Assembly (NCBI GenBank): GCA_009775265.1
Contig: VSPG01000004.1
Span: 42,901-106,900 of the forward strand
Origin: Muribaculaceae bacterium
GTDB lineage: Bacteria; Bacteroidota; Bacteroidia; Bacteroidales; Muribaculaceae
Length of the DNA stretch: 64,000 nucleotides
Direction: 5' to 3'
This document shows positions 37,834 through 47,840 of the stretch, in pieces. The notes beneath the pieces are model-generated. The model had not been told where the DNA came from, did no database searches, and saw only the letters and a program-made list of their open reading frames with translations. Each line of letters opens with the position of its first letter. Position 1 is the first letter of the stretch. The translations under genes and the position numbers were made by a program.

Positions 37834-39147
37834 TTATGCGTACATGTTCACGATGGCCTCGTAAAGCTCCTGCTTGCCGGATGTCACGGCAGGCTCGCCT
37901 ACGGTGCGGGCGTGCGACACGAGGTCCGTAAGGCTCAGGCGGCCTTCTTCGAAATCCTTACCCAGACCGGAGTCGAAGCTCGAGTAGCGGGCGGAAAGCA
38001 TCGACTTGTAAGGCGATTTCTCAAGTACGTCGGCTGCGCTCAGCAATGCGCGGGCCATGGCGTCCATGCCGGCGATGTGGGCGATGAAGATGTCCTCCGC
38101 GTCGGTGCTGTTGCGGCGTGTCTTGGCGTCGAAGTTCGTGCCGCCGGTCGTGAAGCCGCCACCGCGGATGATCTGCATCATGGCCTGGGTAAGCTCGTAG
38201 TTGTCGATCGGGAACTGGTCCGTGTCCCAGCCGTTCTGGTAGTCGCCGCGGTTGGCGTCGATGCTGCCGAGCATGCCGTTGTCTACGGCCACGGCGAGCT
38301 CGTGCTCGAATGTGTGGCCCGCGAGAGTGGCGTGGTTAACCTCGATGTTGACCTTGAAGTCGTTCTCAAGGCCGTGGGCCTTCAGGAAGCCGATAACCGT
38401 CTCCGTGTCCACGTCGTACTGGTGCTTGCTCGGCTCCATCGGCTTGGGCTCGATCAGGAACGTGCCCTTGAAGCCCTGCGAGCGGGCGTAGTCGCGCGCC
38501 ATCGTCAGGAAGCGGGCAAGGTGCTCCTTCTCGCGCTTCTGGTCGGTGTTCAACAGGCTCATGTAGCCTTCGCGGCCGCCCCAGAACACGTAGTTCTCGC
38601 CCCCAAGGGCGATGGTGGCGTCTATCGCAGTCTTAACCTGTACGGCTGCGCGCGACAGAACGTCGAAGTCGGGGTTCGTGGCTGCGCCGTTCATGTAGCG
38701 GGCGTTGCTGAACACGTTGGCCGTGCCCCAAAGGTTTTTGATGCCGGTGGCGGCCATCTTCTCCTTAAGGTACGACACGATGGCGTGCATGCGGGCCTCG
38801 TACTCCTCGATGGTCGAACCTTCGTCTACAAGGTCCACGTCGTGGAAGCAGAAATACTCGATGCCGAGCTTCTCCATGATTTCGAAACCGGCGTCGGCCT
38901 TGGCCTTCGCACGTTCCACGGCGTCGGACGATGCGTTCCACGGGAACGTCTTCGTGCCGCCGCCGAACTGGTCGGCGCCTTCGGCGCAAAGGGTGTGCCA
39001 CCACGCCATCGCGAAGCGGAGCCAGTCCTTCATCTTCTTGCCCAGTACCACGCGTTCCGCGTCGTAGTAGCGGTAGGCCATCGGGTTGTAGCTCGACGGA
39101 CCTTCATACTTGATCTTGCCTATCTCAGGAAAATATTCTTTTGACAT
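37834..39147 (-). CDS. xylA: Xylose isomerase
   Basis: 437-aa ORF with [18 protein letters not shown] and [12 protein letters not shown]. Confidence 0.95.
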   Translation of the reverse strand: MSKEYFPEIGKIKYEGPSSYNPMAYRYYDAERVVLGKKMKDWLRFAMAWWHTLCAEGADQFGGGTKTFPWNASSDAVERAKAKADAGFEIMEKLGIEYFCFHDVDLVDEGSTIEEYEARMHAIVSYLKEKMAATGIKNLWGTANVFSNARYMNGAATNPDFDVLSRAAVQVKTAIDATIALGGENYVFWGGREGYMSLLNTDQKREKEHLARFLTMARDYARSQGFKGTFLIEPKPMEPSKHQYDVDTETVIGFLKAHGLENDFKVNIEVNHATLAGHTFEHELAVAVDNGMLGSIDANRGDYQNGWDTDQFPIDNYELTQAMMQIIRGGGFTTGGTNFDAKTRRNSTDAEDIFIAHIAGMDAMARALLSAADVLEKSPYKSMLSARYSSFDSGLGKDFEEGRLSLTDLVSHARTVGEPAVTSGKQELYEAIVNMYA

Positions 39148-39177
39148 TGGTATAATGATTTGATTGGTTATTGGTTT

Positions 39178-40653
39178 CTATTTCAAACGGTTTTTCCAAA
39201 GCGCGTACGCCTCCAGCACTGCCGGACGGGTGGCCGGGTCGGGAGCGATGCAGCCAAGCATCTCCAGGGATGCAAACGCTTCTTCGCGGTTTTTATACAC
39301 ACCGGCTCCGATGCCTGCGCCTTTGGCAGCTCCGACACTGCCGTCGGTGTCGTAAAGTTCGATAGTGGCTCCGCTCACGTCGGCAAGTGTCTGGCGGAAT
39401 ACAGGGCTCAGGAACATGTTGGCCTTTCCGGCGTGGATGCGGTCAACGGCAAGTCCGAGAGTCTGCATGATTTCTATGCCGTACATGAACGAGAACACGA
39501 TGCCTTCCTGGGCCGCACGGATGATATGACGGCGGTCGTGAGTGTTGAAGTTGACACCATGTATCGAACAGCCTGTTTCACGGTTTTCGAGCAGACGTTC
39601 CGCGCCATTGCCGAATGGCATGATGCTCACGCCCATCGAGCCTGCCGGCACTTCCGCCGCAAGATTGTTCATATCGTCGTAGCTGATACCCTGGGGAGCG
39701 ATGTTGCGTTTCACCCACGAGTTGAGAATGCCGGTGCCGTTGATACACGTAAGCACACCGATGCGGGGAGCCTCAGCGGTATGGTTGACATGGGCGAAGT
39801 TGTTGACACGCGAAAGCGAATCATAGTCAACGGTTCCGTTCACACCGTACACTACACCGGACGTGCCGGCTGTTGACGCCACTTCTCCGGGCTCGAACAC
39901 ATTGAGCGAAAGAGCATTGTTGGGCTGGTCGCCGGCGCGGTAGGTCACCGGAGTGCCCTGCGCAAGCCCCAGTTCGGCGGCGGCTTCAGCGCTCAGGCGA
40001 CCCTGATTGCTGAAAGTGGCACGCACTTCCGGCAATATGTCGGCAGGAAAGCCGAACCAGTCCATGAGGAACGACGCGGGGCCGTCGGTCTTGAAGTCCC
40101 ACAGCATCATTTCCGAAAGACCGCTGGGCGTAGTGACGATTTCGCCCGTCATACGCATGGCGATGTAATCGGCAGGCAGCATAATCTTATATATGCGGTC
40201 AAACACTTCGGGCTCGTTTTCCTTTACCCATGCCAGTTTGGCCGCCGTGAAATTGCCGGGAGAATTTAGCAGATGGCCAAGGCACTGTTCATGGCCGAGA
40301 GCATCGAATGCGGCGCGGCCGTACGGCACGGCACGGCTGTCGCACCATATGATGGAGTCGCGCAACGGCTTCAGATTTTTGTCGATGCATACAAGACCAT
40401 GCATCTGATAGGAAAAACCGATTGCGGCGATGTCCTTCGGATCAATATGGGCTTTTGCCACAACAGAAGCTGTAGCCTCCTTGAGATACTGCCACCAGCT
40501 GTCCGGATCCTGCTCCGCCCATCCCGGATGCAGCGCCTTTATGGCTGCTTCCTGTTTAGGGAAGAAATCTGATGCAAGAGCACGGCCGGTAGTAGCATCG
40601 ACGAGCGATGCCTTCACCGACGAAGTGCCTATGTCATAACCTAATAAATACAT
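39178..40653 (-). CDS. xylB: Xylulokinase (FGGY family)
   Basis: 491-aa ORF with the N-terminus YLLGYDIGTSSVKASL and FGGY C-terminal motifs. It is adjacent to xylA. Confidence 0.88.
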   Translation of the reverse strand: MYLLGYDIGTSSVKASLVDATTGRALASDFFPKQEAAIKALHPGWAEQDPDSWWQYLKEATASVVAKAHIDPKDIAAIGFSYQMHGLVCIDKNLKPLRDSIIWCDSRAVPYGRAAFDALGHEQCLGHLLNSPGNFTAAKLAWVKENEPEVFDRIYKIMLPADYIAMRMTGEIVTTPSGLSEMMLWDFKTDGPASFLMDWFGFPADILPEVRATFSNQGRLSAEAAAELGLAQGTPVTYRAGDQPNNALSLNVFEPGEVASTAGTSGVVYGVNGTVDYDSLSRVNNFAHVNHTAEAPRIGVLTCINGTGILNSWVKRNIAPQGISYDDMNNLAAEVPAGSMGVSIMPFGNGAERLLENRETGCSIHGVNFNTHDRRHIIRAAQEGIVFSFMYGIEIMQTLGLAVDRIHAGKANMFLSPVFRQTLADVSGATIELYDTDGSVGAAKGAGIGAGVYKNREEAFASLEMLGCIAPDPATRPAVLEAYALWKNRLK

Positions 40654-40683
40654 TGCAATATATTGTTTGATTGATTTATAACC

Positions 40684-42654
40684 TTATCTATAGCAGTCAA
40701 GCAGACTATCGGAGGGGCATGTGTAATTATCTATCGGCAACTTCACCCGCATATAGTCGGAAAGACTGTGTTCCGGCACTTCCACGCCTTCCGGCAGCGG
40801 CATGCGCGAGAATGTCGAGAAATATAACAGGCATGCATCACGCCACCAGCGGGCATCCTTGGCCTGGACCTTCAGTTTGGCTGCCACCGGCTCGTAAAAA
40901 CCGTCTTTAAGCCACGGACGTGCAGCATCCCACACAGGGATAAACCCGTCTACTGCACGCACTCCGCGCTGGTAGGCGAAGCAAAGTTCGTCCCACAGGG
41001 TGCGCCCCGACGACATGCGATGTGTCCACGGAGCATGATGGAACCAAAGCAGAAACTTCTCGGGACATGTCGCAATATCATCAAAAACGCATCTGAGACT
41101 ATCCGGATATTGCTCCACGGCGTTGCTTCCGTGCGAGGTACGATCGAAGCCGATGCCTGCTCGGTCGGCGCGATGATAGTAGCGCGGCATCCAGTCCGGA
41201 CGCGAGCCGGGCACATCACACCATGGTTCCGGGCCATAATGGTGTCCGAAAGCAAAGATATGGTGAAGCCCCAACGGCATCATATAATCCACAACCGCTT
41301 CGTGCGAGGAAAGCATCATGCGCCGAATGCCCTCCTTAACAGAATCGGGCACAGCAGCGGCATCGCCATAAAGATGCAACACTGTCCATTCGTCGGCTAT
41401 GCGTTCGGGCGTAAGACGCGGATTCCACGCCATGCGGCCGAAGGCATACAGATTGGCGTCGGCCATCGGATGTCCGGTCATACACGCATTATCACCTACA
41501 TTCGACACACCGGCGATGCCGCTAAGACTGCCCGGCTCCACATATTGGAAAAACTCGTTCCACATCGGAGCAAGGAATGCCAGATGGTTGGAATGGCCGA
41601 GATATTCCTGTGTTATCTGCAATTCGGCCATCTGCGGCGTATGCGGCATGGCCCCGAACAGGGGGCTGTATGGTTCACGCGGCTGAAAATCCACCGGCCC
41701 GTTCTTTATCTGCAATATCACATTCGGCGCAAAATCGCCGTCAAGCGGTTCGAATTCCTGATAGGCCTGTTTCGCACGGTCGGCATCCGATGCGGAGTAT
41801 ACGAACGCACGCCACATCACTATACCGCCATGCGGGGCAAGTGCTCCTGCAAGCATGTTGGCTCCGTCGGCATGGCTGCGGCCATAGTCGCACGGCCCCG
41901 GCTGGCCTTCCGAATTTGCCTTCACGAGGAATCCTCCGAAATCAGGCACGGAATCATACACTTCATCCACTTTGGCATCCCACCACCGACGCACGTCTCT
42001 GTCGAGAGGATCGGCCGTAGGCAGACTGTCAAGAGCCGCAGGCGAAGCGAAGTTTACAGAAAGATAGGTACGCAGGCCATACGGGCGCAACACATCGGCC
42101 AATGCCCTAACTTTAGAAAGATATTCGGCCGACAGCACGCGAGGAGACGCGTTCACATTGTTAAGCACGATTCCGTTAATGCCGACTGCGGCACAACGCA
42201 TGGCATAGTCGTAAATGTCCGGCGACACGCTGTCGGGCAAAGCATCCCAGCGCCAAATACTGCGACCGGCATATCCACGCTCCACTGTTCCGTCAAGATT
42301 GTCCCAATGGTTGAGCAGGCGCAACGAATAAGCCGGAACCTCCACCGCATCGAAATCCGCAGAATCGGCACCCGACGCATGCATACGCACAAGGTGGCAT
42401 GCCCCGTACAGCAGGCCCGCTGCCGACGGGGAGGTGACACGCACCTCCCCGTCGCCGCCACGCACCACACGGAACGCATCGGGGGTTGCGAGCTCGGAAT
42501 CCGACGTGTCAATATCCAAAGCCACACGGCCGGGATAATTCTCCGCAAGATACCGCGCTGCCACATCCTGCGGAGAGCCGGGACGCGAAGCGACTCCGGG
42601 ATTTCCGCACGACGCCAACAAAATCGCGAAGACTATGTAGACTGCGACTTTCAT
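40684..42654 (-). CDS. aguA: GH67 alpha-glucuronidase, lipoprotein signal
   Basis: 656-aa ORF with a lipobox (LLASCGN) and GH67-like segments (GINGIVLNNVNA, ITQEYLGHSNHL). Confidence 0.85.
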   Translation of the reverse strand: MKVAVYIVFAILLASCGNPGVASRPGSPQDVAARYLAENYPGRVALDIDTSDSELATPDAFRVVRGGDGEVRVTSPSAAGLLYGACHLVRMHASGADSADFDAVEVPAYSLRLLNHWDNLDGTVERGYAGRSIWRWDALPDSVSPDIYDYAMRCAAVGINGIVLNNVNASPRVLSAEYLSKVRALADVLRPYGLRTYLSVNFASPAALDSLPTADPLDRDVRRWWDAKVDEVYDSVPDFGGFLVKANSEGQPGPCDYGRSHADGANMLAGALAPHGGIVMWRAFVYSASDADRAKQAYQEFEPLDGDFAPNVILQIKNGPVDFQPREPYSPLFGAMPHTPQMAELQITQEYLGHSNHLAFLAPMWNEFFQYVEPGSLSGIAGVSNVGDNACMTGHPMADANLYAFGRMAWNPRLTPERIADEWTVLHLYGDAAAVPDSVKEGIRRMMLSSHEAVVDYMMPLGLHHIFAFGHHYGPEPWCDVPGSRPDWMPRYYHRADRAGIGFDRTSHGSNAVEQYPDSLRCVFDDIATCPEKFLLWFHHAPWTHRMSSGRTLWDELCFAYQRGVRAVDGFIPVWDAARPWLKDGFYEPVAAKLKVQAKDARWWRDACLLYFSTFSRMPLPEGVEVPEHSLSDYMRVKLPIDNYTCPSDSLLDCYR

Positions 42655-42659
42655 TTATC

Positions 42660-43625
42660 TTATTCGTCAATACCTTCGATTGTATTGATGCGGCCGTCGG
42701 CATCATATGTCAGCTCGCACACTTTCAGGCTACGCAACCACGATTTACCGCCGGAAGGCACGCTGTCGTGGTGGAAAAGATACCATTTGCCTTCATATTC
42801 CACGATACAATGATGCGTAGTCCAACCCACTACAGGCGTGAGAATTACACCCTGATACACGAATGGGCCGTAGGGATTGTCGCCTATGGCATAGCAAAGC
42901 AGGTGGCTGTCGCCGGTGGAATACGAGAAATAATATTTGCCATTGTATTTGTGCACCCACGAAGCTTCGAAGAAGCGGTGCGGGTCGTCGGCACGCAGAG
43001 GATTGCCTTCTGCATCCACCACCTGCACAGGACGCGGTTCTTCGGCAAACTGCAGCATATCCTTGCTAAGGCGCACACAGCGGCTCGGGAGCGAAGGCTG
43101 CGCGCCTTCCGGCAGTTCTGCCGACTCAAGAGCCTTGTTGTCGCGATAGCGCTGGAGCTGGCCGCCCCAAAGACCTCCGAAATAAAGATAGTACTCACCA
43201 TCTTCGGGCAGCACGCATATGTCCATGGAGTAGCTGCCGCGTATCGGATCGGGCTGCGGAACGAAAGGACCTTCGGGACGGTCGGCTACCGCCACGCCGA
43301 TACGGAAAATGTCGTTTTTATCTTTCAACGGGAAATACAGATAGTACTTGCCGTCTTTCTCGGCGCAGTCGCAGTCCCAAAGCTGACGGCCGGCCCAAGG
43401 TATGTCGGCGATGTCGAGCGCTTTGCCATGATCGGTCACTTCGCCGGTCATAGGGTCGCCGTCGATAGACAGCACGTGCATGTCTTTCATCACGTACTGG
43501 TCTCCGTTGTCGTTTTCTACGTTCTCGCATTCCCAGTCATGGGAAGGATATATATATATGCGTCCGTTAAAAATGTGTGCCGAAGGATCTGCCATATAAT
43601 CGGCGGGGAAAAGATAGCGTTTCAT
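42660..43625 (-). CDS. GH43 beta-xylosidase/alpha-L-arabinofuranosidase, no signal peptide (cytoplasmic)
   Basis: 321-aa ORF starting [30 protein letters not shown] (catalytic Asp in ADPS), then five-bladed propeller motifs. The start overlaps the GH10 stop (ATGA at 43622-43625). Confidence 0.88.
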   Translation of the reverse strand: MKRYLFPADYMADPSAHIFNGRIYIYPSHDWECENVENDNGDQYVMKDMHVLSIDGDPMTGEVTDHGKALDIADIPWAGRQLWDCDCAEKDGKYYLYFPLKDKNDIFRIGVAVADRPEGPFVPQPDPIRGSYSMDICVLPEDGEYYLYFGGLWGGQLQRYRDNKALESAELPEGAQPSLPSRCVRLSKDMLQFAEEPRPVQVVDAEGNPLRADDPHRFFEASWVHKYNGKYYFSYSTGDSHLLCYAIGDNPYGPFVYQGVILTPVVGWTTHHCIVEYEGKWYLFHHDSVPSGGKSWLRSLKVCELTYDADGRINTIEGIDE

Positions 43626-44770
43626 TTATGCTTATGGTAATTGACAAGGTTCTTCAAGAAAGGTTTCATCTCATAATTGCGGTCGAACAGCAAAGGATAG
43701 TCGTGGCGGCCACGCACCGGGAAGCCGTTTTTCCAGGAATTTCCATCAGTAACACCCCATGCCGTAACACGGTTGATGACGTCGGAATGGCGCAGGAAAA
43801 GGCTAAAGAATGCGTCCATACGGCTATTCCAATGGGCGGAGACGTCTTCAGGAAGCGCATCCGGATAGGGATTGAGGGCTTTTTGGTATGCTGCGACATC
43901 GCCAACGTTGGACGAGCGGGAGAACGTGGGGAGCGCGCTCATGTCCCATTCGGTTATCATCACCTTACAGCCGGTGGCGGCAAAAGCGTTCAGAGCATCT
44001 TCGAATTCGCGGAAATCGGGATAGTCCATACCCATGTGGGCCTGCATGCCGACAGCGTCGATGCGCAGACCACGGCGTTTTAGATCCTGCACCATGCGCA
44101 CCACGCCGTCACGTCGTCCGGGCACATTCATACCGTAGTCATTGTAGTACAACTCTGCTTCGGGATCTGCCTCGTGGGCATACTGAAATGCAAGAGGAAT
44201 GAATTCCTCGCCAAGGATTTTGTAAAATCCGCTGTTGCGGTATTTTCCGCTTTCCACAATGGCTTCATTCACTACATCCCAGCCCTTAACACGGCCTTTG
44301 TAACGTCCTACGACTGCGTGGATATGGTCGCGCATGCGCGCTTTGAGAGTGTCGGCGCTCACATATTTGCCCTCATCGTCATAAAGAAACCACGGGGCAA
44401 GCTGGCTGTGCCATATCAGGCAGTGGCCGATCACCGTCATGCCGTTGCGTTCGGCAAACTCCACGAAAGCGTCGGCGTCGTCCCAATGGTAGCGGTTCTT
44501 CTCCGGATGTATTTCCGAACACTTCATCACGTTTTCCGCAACCACCGTGTTGAAGTGGTGTTTTACTATTGCGGCGCCTTCTTTATCGATTTCTTTTGCC
44601 TGGGCATCGTTAATGGCTACTGCCACACGGAACTTGTCGCCGAATACGTCTTTGAGGGCGGGTTCGGATGTCGCGGGGACTGCTGCTGACGCACCAAGCG
44701 ATGCTGCTGCAATCACGAGCAGGCTGAAAGTATGTTTCATATCGTTTTTCAATTGGGTTAGATTTATCAA
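43622..44770 (-). CDS. GH10 endo-1,4-beta-xylanase
   Basis: 382-aa ORF with the acid/base motif WDVVNEA and the nucleophile motif ITEWDM. A signal peptide follows the alternative Met11 ([19 protein letters not shown]), so the true start may be 44740. Confidence 0.88.
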   Translation of the reverse strand: MINLTQLKNDMKHTFSLLVIAAASLGASAAVPATSEPALKDVFGDKFRVAVAINDAQAKEIDKEGAAIVKHHFNTVVAENVMKCSEIHPEKNRYHWDDADAFVEFAERNGMTVIGHCLIWHSQLAPWFLYDDEGKYVSADTLKARMRDHIHAVVGRYKGRVKGWDVVNEAIVESGKYRNSGFYKILGEEFIPLAFQYAHEADPEAELYYNDYGMNVPGRRDGVVRMVQDLKRRGLRIDAVGMQAHMGMDYPDFREFEDALNAFAATGCKVMITEWDMSALPTFSRSSNVGDVAAYQKALNPYPDALPEDVSAHWNSRMDAFFSLFLRHSDVINRVTAWGVTDGNSWKNGFPVRGRHDYPLLFDRNYEMKPFLKNLVNYHKHK

Positions 44771-46183
44771 TTATTTATTAATGTGCCGACTTTCTATCTC
44801 TGCGTTTATTGCATCGATGCGGGCATCGTCCAGTTCGTAGCGCGAGATTATGAACATCGACAGCATGATAAGGAGTGCCGGAATCACAGCCACAAGCCAA
44901 AGTATGCCCTGCTGTGCGAATATAGACTGCGCCTGGGCGCCTTTGTCGAATCCGACGAATGCGAGCACAAGTCCGGGCACCACGCCGCCCATAGCCATAC
45001 CGGCTTTATAGAAGATGCCGGTGAGTGCGTTTACAATTCCGGATATGCGTTTGCCATGGGTGTACTCGCCGAAACTGATGACTTCGGGTACAAGAGCCCA
45101 CATATAGCCCGTAGAAACAATAATGCCGGTCGACTTCACGAATTGAGCCACGTAGACAAGCCACATCTGTTCTTTCAGGCTGTCCACCATGGAGATGACA
45201 TAAAGCATGGCAAGACCCACAATGGCCACCAAAAGGAATATGTAGAACATGCCTTTTTTGCCTACCTGGCGTTTAATCCACGGAATCAGGGGCATGAATA
45301 TGAATGCAGGGATGGAACCTAATCCCATGAAAATCGACAATTCGCCGGCACTTCCGCCGAGATTGTAATTTATATAATATGCTCCCGCGCTATTGCTTAT
45401 GGCCATCATGGCAAAAGCCGTGATGAAAAAGAAAGCAAGAATGCGCAGGGGACGGTTGCGCACAAATTCGAGCCACAGGTCGCTCACTTTCACGTTTTCA
45501 GTCTCGCTCTCGTCCATCACCACACGCTCACGGCACTGCGAGAAGCAGAAAAGCAGCAATGCCATGCCGACAACGCCATAGATAGCCATCGTCATGAACC
45601 ATGCGTAATCATGCGTCGAGAGGTCCTGGGTCTCGGACGGATCGAAAAACTTCACAAGCATAGGTATGCCCATACCAACGGCAAGACCGCCGAGGTTGGC
45701 CATGAACATGCGCGTGGATGTGAGCACGGTGATTTCATGTGTGTCGCGCGTAAGCGACGCGTTGAGCGCACCATAGGGCACATTCACAAGAGTATAGCAC
45801 ATGGACAGCCCCACATATGTAATATAAGCATAAGTAAGCGAACCCGAGAAGCCGTTCCAGAAACAGAGAATGGCGAAACCGGTCAGGGGGATGCCTCCGA
45901 GCACAAGGTAAGCACGGTATTTGCCGAGGCGCGGATTATGCTTGTCTACGAACGCACCTACGATAGGATCCCATATCACATCGACAATGCGCACTATAAG
46001 GAACATCACTGCCGCCACGGCTGGGTCGAGGCCGAACACATTGGTGTAGAAAAACAGCAAATACATGCTGATTGTCTGATAAATCAGATTCTGGGCGAGA
46101 TCGCCCGAGCCAAAGCCGATGCGTTGCAGCCACGACAGCTTGTAAAAGCCGTTTGCTTCAGCGTTTTTCATTGTTTTATCCAT
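44771..46183 (-). CDS. GPH-family (glycoside-pentoside-hexuronide) cation symporter, probable xylo-oligosaccharide importer
   Basis: 470-aa ORF with 12 TM helices and the N-terminus LQRIGFGSGDLAQNLIYQT, typical of MelB/XynT-like GPH transporters. Confidence 0.85.
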   Translation of the reverse strand: MDKTMKNAEANGFYKLSWLQRIGFGSGDLAQNLIYQTISMYLLFFYTNVFGLDPAVAAVMFLIVRIVDVIWDPIVGAFVDKHNPRLGKYRAYLVLGGIPLTGFAILCFWNGFSGSLTYAYITYVGLSMCYTLVNVPYGALNASLTRDTHEITVLTSTRMFMANLGGLAVGMGIPMLVKFFDPSETQDLSTHDYAWFMTMAIYGVVGMALLLFCFSQCRERVVMDESETENVKVSDLWLEFVRNRPLRILAFFFITAFAMMAISNSAGAYYINYNLGGSAGELSIFMGLGSIPAFIFMPLIPWIKRQVGKKGMFYIFLLVAIVGLAMLYVISMVDSLKEQMWLVYVAQFVKSTGIIVSTGYMWALVPEVISFGEYTHGKRISGIVNALTGIFYKAGMAMGGVVPGLVLAFVGFDKGAQAQSIFAQQGILWLVAVIPALLIMLSMFIISRYELDDARIDAINAEIESRHINK

Positions 46184-46195
46184 TGATTTATAGGT

Positions 46196-47833
46196 TTATT
46201 TCTTCAGAAGGGATGGCAACACGGCCTCTGCGGCACGACGCCCGAGTGTCTTTTTGTCGAGTGGATGAATATCGTTCCATTCGCCAAGGTCGCTGTTGCG
46301 CACCAACGAGGCATTCGGCACCTGCTCCGCCACCTTAGCCTGCTCGGCACGCATTTCCGCCCAAGCCCTGCGGCCGGACGAATCGGACTGGTGCAGGAAA
46401 TCGGCAAGCTCGATTATATAGAAAGGCATGTCCGGACGTCCGAACCCTTTACGCCAGTCGGCTATCATGGCAGTAAGCTGGCGGGCATATTCCCTGCGGC
46501 TTCCGACATTGGACTCGCCTTGATACCACAATGCACCGGCTACAGGCACTCGGAACAGCGGAGCTATCATGGAGTTGTAAAGCACCACGGGGGTGTAGTG
46601 ATAGAACTGCATGCCGGGGCCGGAGGGCATACGCGCACCCACTCGGTGCCGCCACGTGCCTTCAAGCGACATCTCGCTGCCGTCGGCAAAGATCATTTTA
46701 TATGGCTTCTCAAGCACGAACTGCGGACGTCCACCTGAACTGATGCCGCGCACAGTGACCACATTGTCGCCTTCGCGCAACACACCTTCGGGCACTTTAT
46801 ATATACGCGGGGGATATTGGTAGCCCACAGTGCCTACAAATGTGCCGTTGACGAATGCAGAGTCGGCACCTTCAAAACACCCGAGACGCAGCGTAGCGGC
46901 ACCGGCCGCCTGCGAGGCGTTCAGAGTAATGTGGCGGCGTAGCCAGTGCGAGCCGTTGACATTCCGGCCGCTCTTCAAGTCCTGCCCCCATGCGCTTTCA
47001 AGCAAGTCAACCTCTGTCCAGTCGCTGTCGTCGAGAGCCGGGTCGTTCCACTGAACGGATGCCTGACGTCCGGGGTCGGTGGCATATAGCACGGCATTCC
47101 AGCGGGCGAAATTCTCTCCCTCAAGTTTTTTTATGCGGGAACGGTAGCCATCGTCTTCGTATATTTTTTTCTTGGCCAGTAAAACAGGCCATTCCGTCAT
47201 GCTTTCCTCGCTCATCCACGCCTCGACTGGGGTACCTCCCCAACTCGCATTGACGATGCCCACAGGCACACCCGTGGCGGCGTTCACTTCTTTAGCGAAA
47301 AAATAGGCAAGAGCCGAGAAATTCATCACATTATCCTGAGTGCACGGACGCCATGACGAAGGCGCCGTATCATCCTGCGGGCCATGGAATGCCGTAGTCT
47401 GAGGAACCACATACTGACGTATCGACGGATTTTCGTAGGCCGCTATCTCATCGGCGAACATATCGGTGACACGCCGCACCGGCAATTCCATATTCGACTG
47501 CCCGGAGCAGAGGAATACATCGCCGCTGAGCACGTCGGAAAGAGTGATGTCATTGACGTTTATCACATACGGGCCTCCGGCCTTGAGAGCCGGAAGTTCC
47601 AGTTCCCAACGTCCGAGACTGTCGGCCACCGCCTTGACCTCCTTGGACTTTTTCATATTCACTTTTGCCGTGATGCTTTCGCCCGGCTCGGCCGTGCCCC
47701 ACAGGCGCACAGGCTCTCCGCGCTGCACCACCATGCCGTCGGTGAGTATCGCAGGCAGTTTCACGCGCGCCTCCATTCCCTGAAAAGCGAGAATTGCTGT
47801 AGCGGCCAGAATATAACGGAAACTATTTTTCAT
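46196..47833 (-). CDS. SASA/SGNH-type carbohydrate O-acetylesterase (sialate-O-acetylesterase-like), probable acetyl-xylan esterase
   Basis: 545-aa ORF with a signal peptide, the catalytic-Ser motif LCSGQSNME and a WYQGESN motif. Confidence 0.8.
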   Translation of the reverse strand: MKNSFRYILAATAILAFQGMEARVKLPAILTDGMVVQRGEPVRLWGTAEPGESITAKVNMKKSKEVKAVADSLGRWELELPALKAGGPYVINVNDITLSDVLSGDVFLCSGQSNMELPVRRVTDMFADEIAAYENPSIRQYVVPQTTAFHGPQDDTAPSSWRPCTQDNVMNFSALAYFFAKEVNAATGVPVGIVNASWGGTPVEAWMSEESMTEWPVLLAKKKIYEDDGYRSRIKKLEGENFARWNAVLYATDPGRQASVQWNDPALDDSDWTEVDLLESAWGQDLKSGRNVNGSHWLRRHITLNASQAAGAATLRLGCFEGADSAFVNGTFVGTVGYQYPPRIYKVPEGVLREGDNVVTVRGISSGGRPQFVLEKPYKMIFADGSEMSLEGTWRHRVGARMPSGPGMQFYHYTPVVLYNSMIAPLFRVPVAGALWYQGESNVGSRREYARQLTAMIADWRKGFGRPDMPFYIIELADFLHQSDSSGRRAWAEMRAEQAKVAEQVPNASLVRNSDLGEWNDIHPLDKKTLGRRAAEAVLPSLLKK

Positions 47834-47840
47834 GGTATGT

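Noticed and set aside
41020-42813. 597-aa ORF antisense to the GH67 and GH43 genes.
   Set aside because: For the same reason. It spans a gene boundary on the opposite strand and is compositionally aberrant, with no motifs.
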